In this document: positions 34,991-41,756 of the stretch, piece by piece | Layout of the letters: each line of letters opens with the position of its first letter | Numbering within the stretch: position 1 is the stretch's first letter | Source: Octopus bimaculoides | Taxonomy: Eukaryota | NCBI RefSeq assembly: GCF_001194135.2 | Contig: NC_068983.1 | Span: 93,224,057 to 93,265,812 of the forward strand | Length of the DNA stretch: 41,756 bases | Direction: 5' to 3' | The notes under the pieces: model-generated | Seen by the model: only the letters and a program-made list of their open reading frames with translations | Told to the model about the DNA's origin: nothing | The model's database searches: none | Position numbers and translations under genes: made by a program

Positions 34991-35484
34991 TTGTGTGAAA
35001 GCTTATCAGATGGTACATTTTTCTTTTCTGGTTTATAGGCTTAATTCATCTCCTCATTTATGCCACCACTTAAGCTTTTGATGTTCATTCTGTTGGAAAC
35101 ATTTGGATCAGGATCCTCTCTTGAAAATAATTCACTTCAGGCTTAAAAACCTGATAAAAGTCATTGGCATTGGGTTTTCTTCTTTGAGTAGATCATAATT
35201 TTTTGTTTTAATTGGGATCAATCACAACCAGTCTCCTACAAGTAGAAGTTGTGTTTCGTAAAGATTTTCTTTGTGAACATTTCTCATCCCAACTGAAGTT
35301 ACTTTGTTCCACTTATGAAACCAATATCTTTGGGAAAAACCATAAATATAAATATATAAACCTGCAACTTTTCCTTTTATTTGTAAATATGAGGCCTTGT
35401 GCTATGTGAAAAATTATCATCTTACCCACAAGGTGAAATTCATGTCTTGGATAAAAATAAATTTCGATATTAGTGGATGAAATA

Positions 35485-35695
35485 ACGTGGCAAGCTGGCA
35501 GAATTGTTAGCATGTCAGGCAAAATGCTTAGCAGCATTTTGTCCATCTTTACATTCTGAATTCAAATGCCACCAAGGTTGACTTTACTTTTCATCCTCAA
35601 TAAAATAGGTACTAGCTGAGCACTAGGGTTGATCTAACCAACTTAGCTTCTCCCACGAAATGACTGGCCCTGTGCCAAAAATTTGAAGCCAATGT
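35485..35695 (+). mobile_element. tRNA-derived SINE (16866 family)
   Basis: gctggcagaattgttag..ggcaaaatgcttag..gaattcaaatgcc..aaatttgaagcc aligns with 16866-17080. Confidence 0.8.
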
Positions 35696-37371
35696 CCAAG
35701 GAGGAAATTCCCTGCTGAGAAGATTAGAATTCTCTCCACACAACTTATTCAGTTTTGTCCACTTTACAAAACTAAGATTTGTCATCACAAATTAACAGTA
35801 GTTTTCTTGGACTGTAGCAGTTTCAAAATAGTGAGGAAATATATATTCTGTAACAATTTAGTACTCAACAAATTCTGTCATGTCATTAGCTTATGTGCAA
35901 AAGCATAAGAAAAAAACTGAACTAAATTTTGGTGTGAATATATTTAAAGCAAAGGTTACACAACAAATTAGGTTCTGAGGGTACCACTCAAACTTGGGTT
36001 TTAAGTAGTGATTCAATAGAATATATACTGGAATGGTTTTCAGTTTCCTTTTTCATCTCAGGTATATTTTCTCATGAAGCAATTGATTTACATAAGTTTT
36101 TTTAAAAATCCCTCCATCATAAATATTAAGAATTACTATTTTCAGTAGTCTCTAGACATTCATATTTATAACATTGTCAATGTTAACAGTGTAAAAACAT
36201 TTAACATTGACAAATGTGACATTGTCATATTTTTTAATATATTTAGTATTGTCAAAGCCATATCATGTAAAACTGGCTTTCTCTCTAAACAAAGAAATAC
36301 TTCAGTTTTGAACTTCTGTTAACTCTCTACAAGATTCAAATATATCCCACTAAAAAAACATGAATCCCAGCTGATGTTGTGTAGGTTAAAAATAAATTCA
36401 CACACACACATATATTTATATATACATAAACATCAAATAACTCACAGAGTTGTAACCTGCCATGAAATGTTCTGAAGAAGTAGTCTGTTCATTATGTTAC
36501 AGTACTGTTATATTTATGGGTGTTTATTTATATGTATGACAGATGATTTAATATTGCTTATGTAACTAACACAGATTATGAAACAGCTGTTAACTAATGA
36601 TATAAACATCTATTCTCTCATTTCACTTCTCATAGATGCTCAATATTTTAAAACTCTTGTACTGAGTTCAATTTGAAATCATATGTGGCTTCCAATGTTA
36701 TTTGACTTGGCTTGACTTTATCTAATTTCAACTTCACATCTCTCAATCCATCAGTATTTTAAATCCTAGCTAATCAGAGTTTTCTCAACCTCTACATCAC
36801 CATATGATTACTACTGACATTTCATACACTTTCTAATACAATTCACCTACTAGGCTTGATAGCACCAATGACCAAATATTAAAGACTTAATTTGACCGTG
36901 TGTGAATGGCCCATAGCAAATTTCAAAACAAAATTTGGAGAATATCTAACCTAAAAACAATGCAAATGTGTTCATGAATTTTGACAAACATTAATGTTTT
37001 ATGATTCTTCTTCCCAAGTTTCAGCCATCCTATCCCTCCTCCTTCTATTAAGTGACCCCTTCCTCTATCCTTTCCTTTCTTCTCTTCACCCCTTTGTAAC
37101 CTGTACTCTTTTTCTCTAATCTACTTGCCTGTTCCCCCACTACTCCACTCACCACTCCTTCAGTGTTTTGCTTTGTTATAACCAGAAATGGCTCTGACAA
37201 AAGTAACATTAATTTTTTAGGTTGTTCAATTTTTCTCAACTGATCAATAGATCAACTGAGTAAACCTATCAGTAATGTACCTACAGTGATTTCTGGAAAC
37301 AGCTGTAAGCCAAATTTTCCTCTAATAAGGGAAAAGTATGTAATAACCATTATTTATACCTTGTCTTTTAT

Positions 37372-37426
<55 letters not shown>

Positions 37427-37441
37427 CAAACACACAAACAA

Positions 37442-37502
<61 letters not shown>

Positions 37503-37512
37503 CACACACACA
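37372..37512. repeat. Compound (TA)n/(CA)n microsatellite
   Basis: Direct reading. Confidence 0.95.
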
Positions 37513-38270
37513 CAGGGTGCAATGAGTAAATTGTTGACATTTTATATTTTTAGTTTCAGGCAAGCGCATTGTTAGTTTTTTATTTTGTTGACAACACAAT
37601 ATAGTAGGGGCAGTTGGGCACCATCAGTGAGAAAAACAGCACCATGACACAATTCACTCACCCAGAAATTTGGAAATGACATGCTCTACTGCTTGGCATT
37701 TGCTCTGGAAGCTCCAATATGAACATTTCAGAGTGTTTAGGTGTCAATCTGAGAACAGTGCAATAATCTGAGGACATGTACTGAGAGTGATGAAAATCAA
37801 ACATCCAGTCAACATCATGGTGTTTGGAGTTATCACTAGTGATGACAACATTATGCCTCCATTCATATTTTCACACAGCCTCAGAAATCAACATGACAGC
37901 CTACATCAAGTACCTGGAGGAGTTAGTGCTGCTCTGGGTCAAGTGGGTGGCTGCTGGAAGACCCTATGTCTGGCAACAGGACTCTGCACCATGCCATGAG
38001 ACAATTTCTGTGACTGCATCACCCCTAACATCTAGCCATCTATCTCCCCAGACTGCAATCCTCTTCATTATTATGTGTTGAGCGAGAGACAAAAAAACTC
38101 CTTGTAATACCAAAGATGAACTGAAGATAAGGATTATGGCAGCATTCACCAACTTAAACAAGGAGACTATCCAGAGGATTTGCAGGAAATTCCAAAGTCG
38201 TCTGGAGGCCATGGAAGAAGCCAATGGCGATTTTATTGAATAAATTTACTCTTTAGTATTTCAAGATATA
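37513..38270 (+). mobile_element. Tc1/mariner-superfamily transposon (maT/DD37D-like), deleted and 3'-truncated
   Basis: Left end CAGGGTGCAATGAG; transposase remnants downstream; right TIR not found. Confidence 0.75.
37790..38243 (+). pseudogene. DDD/E transposase catalytic-domain remnant
   Basis: KHPVNIMVFGVITSD..IMPPFIF, YIKYLEELVL.WV...YVWQQDSAPCH, SPDCNPL.YYV and KDELK.RIMAAFTNLNKETIQR.C.KFQSRLEAMEEANGDFIE*; frameshifted. Confidence 0.85.
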
Positions 38271-38420
38271 TTTACATGTATATACATATATACATATACA
38301 TATATACATATATGCATATATATACATATATATACATATGATGATGATGATGATATGGACACATGATATATACATATATGTACATAATATGTACATATAA
38401 TATATACATATATATATACA
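38271..38420. repeat. (TA/CA)n low-complexity tract with embedded (GAT)n
   Basis: Direct reading. Confidence 0.9.
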
Positions 38421-39717
38421 TATGGACACATAAGAGGTGCAGCAATATCAAAGGAAGGTTAACTAAGAAGTTAGTTTTTGTATGTGGCAGATGGTCAGGA
38501 GCAATAAACAGTGAAAATGTGCAGAAAACAAATTTGGCCACATTCCAGGGAGAAAAACTAGACTTAGTTGATAGCTTCCACTATCTAGGTGACCAAGTTA
38601 GTAGTGGGGGAGGGTGTGCTGAAAGTGTAGCTGCTAGAATAAGAATAGCCTAGGCAAGTTCAGAGAGCTCTTACCTCTGCTGGCGACAAAGGGCCTCTCA
38701 CTCAGAGTAAAAGGCAGACTGTATGATGCATGTGTACAAACAGCCATGCTACATGGCAGTGAAACATGGGCCGTGACTGCTGAGGACATGCTTAGGCTCG
38801 CAAGGAATGAAGCCAGTATGCTCCAATGGATGTGTAATGTCAGTGCGCATACTAGACAGAGTGTAAGTACCTTGAGAGAAAAGTTGAACCTAAGAAGCAT
38901 CAGTTGTAGTGTGCAAGAGAGACGATTGTGCTGGTATGGTCATGTGACGAGAATGGATGAGGATAGCTGTGTGAAAAAGTGCCACACCCTAGCAATTGAG
39001 GGAACCTGTGGAAGAGTTAGGCCCAGGAAAACCTGGGATGAGGTGGTGAGGCACAACCTTCAAACATTGTGCCTCACCCAGGCAATGACTTCTGACCGAG
39101 ACCTTTGGAAATATGCTGTGTGCGGGAAGACCTGGCAAGCCAAGTGAGACCTAAATCCAAGGCCTCTATCAGGGGTGTAGCCAGCCCACTTATGCGTATC
39201 TTCTTTCATTGGACACTAAACTCTGCTTGTGAAGACCTGTTGAGGCAAGTGAAATCGAAATCGAACTAAATTCGACGACTGGCACCCATGCCAACGTCAT
39301 CTCCTTCATTGGACACTAAACTCGGGTTGCGAAGACTTGTTGGGACAAGCAAAATTGTGATGGCACCTGTGCCCAGCGTCGTCTTCCTGGCACTTGTGAC
39401 GGTGGCATGTGTAAAGACATTTGAGCAAGATCGTTGCCAGTACCGCTGGACTGGCTCCTGTGCAGGTGGCACGTAAAATACACCATTTTGAGTGTGGCCG
39501 TTGCCAGTACTGCCTGACTGGCCTTCATGCCGGTGGCACGTAAAAGCTCCCACTACACTCTCAGAGTGGTTGGCGTTAGGAAGGGCATCCAGCTGTAGAA
39601 ACTCTGCCAAATCAGATTGGAACCTAGTGCAGCCATCTGGTTCACCAGTCCTCAGTCAAATCGTCCAACCCATGCTAGCATGGAAAGCGGACGTTAAACA
39701 ATGATGATGATGATGAT
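38421..39717 (+). mobile_element. RTE-clade LINE, 5'-truncated copy 2
   Basis: Roughly 90% identical by eye to 7564-8990. Encodes WTHKRCSNIKGRL...FHYLG...RLCWYGHVTRM..RPRKTW, stop at 39145-47, then the 3' UTR repeats and a (GAT)n tail. Confidence 0.95.
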
Positions 39718-39878
39718 ATACACATATATATACACATATATATATACATATATGTACATATATATATACATATCTGTACATATATATATACATATATATA
39801 TGCACACATATATATATATATACACACATATATACATACGAATATGTATACGTGAATGCATATAGATATATATATACA
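39718..39878. repeat. (TA/CA)n low-complexity microsatellite
   Basis: Direct reading. Confidence 0.95.
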
Positions 39879-39879
39879 T

Positions 39880-39976
39880 TCACAATTTTTAATTCCATTA
39901 GACACTCTAAAATACTATTAAATTTCTTTCAATTTTAAAAAAGGTAAAACCGAATAGAACTTATGGGATGACCTGA
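39880..39976 (-). mobile_element. Mariner-like terminal fragment
   Basis: Minus strand TA|TCAGGTCATCCCATAAGTTCTATTCGGTTTT resembles mariner TIRs; it abuts (TA)n. Confidence 0.4.
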
Positions 39977-39996
39977 TATATATATATATATATATA

Positions 39997-40649
39997 NNNN
40001 NNNNNNNNNNNNNNNNNNNNNNNNNNNNNNNNNNNNNNNNNNNNNNNNNNNNNNNNNNNNNNNNNNNNNNNNNNNNNNNNNNNNNNNNNNNNNNNNNNNN
40101 NNNNNNNNNNNNNNNNNNNNNNNNNNNNNNNNNNNNNNNNNNNNNNNNNNNNNNNNNNNNNNNNNNNNNNNNNNNNNNNNNNNNNNNNNNNNNNNNNNNN
40201 NNNNNNNNNNNNNNNNNNNNNNNNNNNNNNNNNNNNNNNNNNNNNNNNNNNNNNNNNNNNNNNNNNNNNNNNNNNNNNNNNNNNNNNNNNNNNNNNNNNN
40301 NNNNNNNNNNNNNNNNNNNNNNNNNNNNNNNNNNNNNNNNNNNNNNNNNNNNNNNNNNNNNNNNNNNNNNNNNNNNNNNNNNNNNNNNNNNNNNNNNNNN
40401 NNNNNNNNNNNNNNNNNNNNNNNNNNNNNNNNNNNNNNNNNNNNNNNNNNNNNNNNNNNNNNNNNNNNNNNNNNNNNNNNNNNNNNNNNNNNNNNNNNNN
40501 NNNNNNNNNNNNNNNNNNNNNNNNNNNNNNNNNNNNNNNNNNNNNNNNNNNNNNNNNNNNNNNNNNNNNNNNNNNNNNNNNNNNNNNNNNNNNNNNNNNN
40601 NNNNNNNNNNNNNNNNNNNNNNNNNNNNNNNNNNNNNNNNNNNNNNNNN
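39997..40649. other. Assembly gap
   Basis: N run. Confidence 1.
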
Positions 40650-41040
40650 AGTGCAGCTCCTCCATTCATATTATATGAAACCCATAGCTTCAAAACATGT
40701 TGTTCACAAGAACTCAGCTTTGTCACACAGCATGAAAATTAACATACTGATAGCAGACTTAGTTAGGATAATGAACAACATCTCTCCACTATGCGAACCC
40801 TATGAAACGAAAATCATATACAGAACTTCATGCACTGCATGCAGTTCTCTGGATATGATCAGAAAGATAGGGTTTGAGTATACAGGGGAGCTAGAAAGAG
40901 GTTAGATAAGATTATAAGTAATGATACCAGTGGTACCTGCCCTAGATATAGAAACATAGAATGGAATAGGATACAAAGAATTTGTGACAAAGCCAACAAG
41001 GCAAACACGTGGTATAAAACCGACAGATATGAAGGAGTCA
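40650..41040 (+). pseudogene. Penelope-like element RT C-terminal/linker fragment
   Basis: YYMKPIASKHVVHKNSALSHSMKINILIADLVRIMNNIS, then after a frameshift HIQNFMHCMQFSGYDQKDR..VYRGA...GTCPRYRNIEW....WYKTDRYEGV; resembles Neptune/Poseidon-type PLE ORFs by recollection. Confidence 0.6.
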
Positions 41041-41160
41041 GTGGCGTGCAGTCTCAGCCATGCAAGCTATGCGCCGCAAGTCCTGTTATATAATCGGAAA
41101 ATTAGATAAAATAGTTACTTTCTTGCAAAAAATAATCCATCCAGTTTTCGAAATATTCTG

Positions 41161-41527
41161 TCTCCCCTTCCTCTCTCTCAGTGACTAGAAAAAGCTTTGA
41201 GAATCCAGCATATAGACACTCCCTAACTCCCCATCTATGTTAGTTTGTCCTTCCTTCCTTCTCCTCTCTCTCTCTCTCTCTCTTAATGACCTGTCAAAAG
41301 ATATGCTAGGACCGATCTCCCCTTCCCCTCTCTCAGTGACTAGTAAAAGCTTTGAGAAGGGTATGCAATGAGAATCCAGCATATACACACTCCTAACTCC
41401 CTATCTATGTTAGTTTGTCCTTCCTTCCTTCCCCCTCTCTCTCTCTCTCTCTTAGTGACCTGTCAAAAGATATGCTAAGACCATAGCATATATATTTTGT
41501 ACCCCTTCCTCTCTCTGTCAGTGATTC
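41161..41527. repeat. ~155-167-bp tandem repeat (2 units plus a partial third) with (CT)n
   Basis: Units at 41161-41315 and 41316-41482, partial unit at 41503-41527. Confidence 0.9.
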
Positions 41528-41756
41528 CACAAATTTATCATAGGAAGTAATGCTTTCTGATAATAGTATGACCCCCACCTCTCTATCTCTTTGTTAGCTG
41601 GTTCTGACCATAACTAGAGAAGTTCTCAAGAACTGCTATAATTAGCCATAATTCTTGGAACAGCCTGGCGGTAAGTTTGAATCTTTTATCCAAAACATCT
41701 GTTTGCACTATTATATTTTTGGAGTGTTCTGAAAACAAAAATATTTAATTTGACTA

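Overview
AT-rich, repeat-dense animal genomic DNA from a gapped draft assembly. The repeat types (RTE LINE tails ending in (GAT)n, tRNA-headed SINEs, (TA)n/(CA)n microsatellites) resemble my recollection of Octopus repeats; the taxon is an inference. No host protein-coding gene can be supported. Every protein-like segment I recognise comes from a decayed transposon: two RTE-clade LINE copies (5.8-9.0 kb, 38.4-39.7 kb), a Helitron PIF1-type helicase remnant (26.6-27.5 kb), a Tc1/mariner transposase remnant (37.5-38.3 kb) and a Penelope-like RT fragment (40.65-41.04 kb). The window also holds many SINEs, piggyBac/hAT/Tc1 MITEs, a probable solo LTR and a head-to-tail cluster of three Helitrons. 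A CpG-retaining domain at about 19-26.4 kb carries promoter-like motifs and a cluster of strong splice donors, suggesting one or two transcription starts. The best leads are the Helitron tandem, a CpG-eroded hammerhead-like motif, a variable hairpin minisatellite in the RTE 3' UTR, an ~800 bp element delimited by its insertion into a piggyBac MITE, and a GC-rich 69-nt nested hairpin. All alignments and counts were done by eye.
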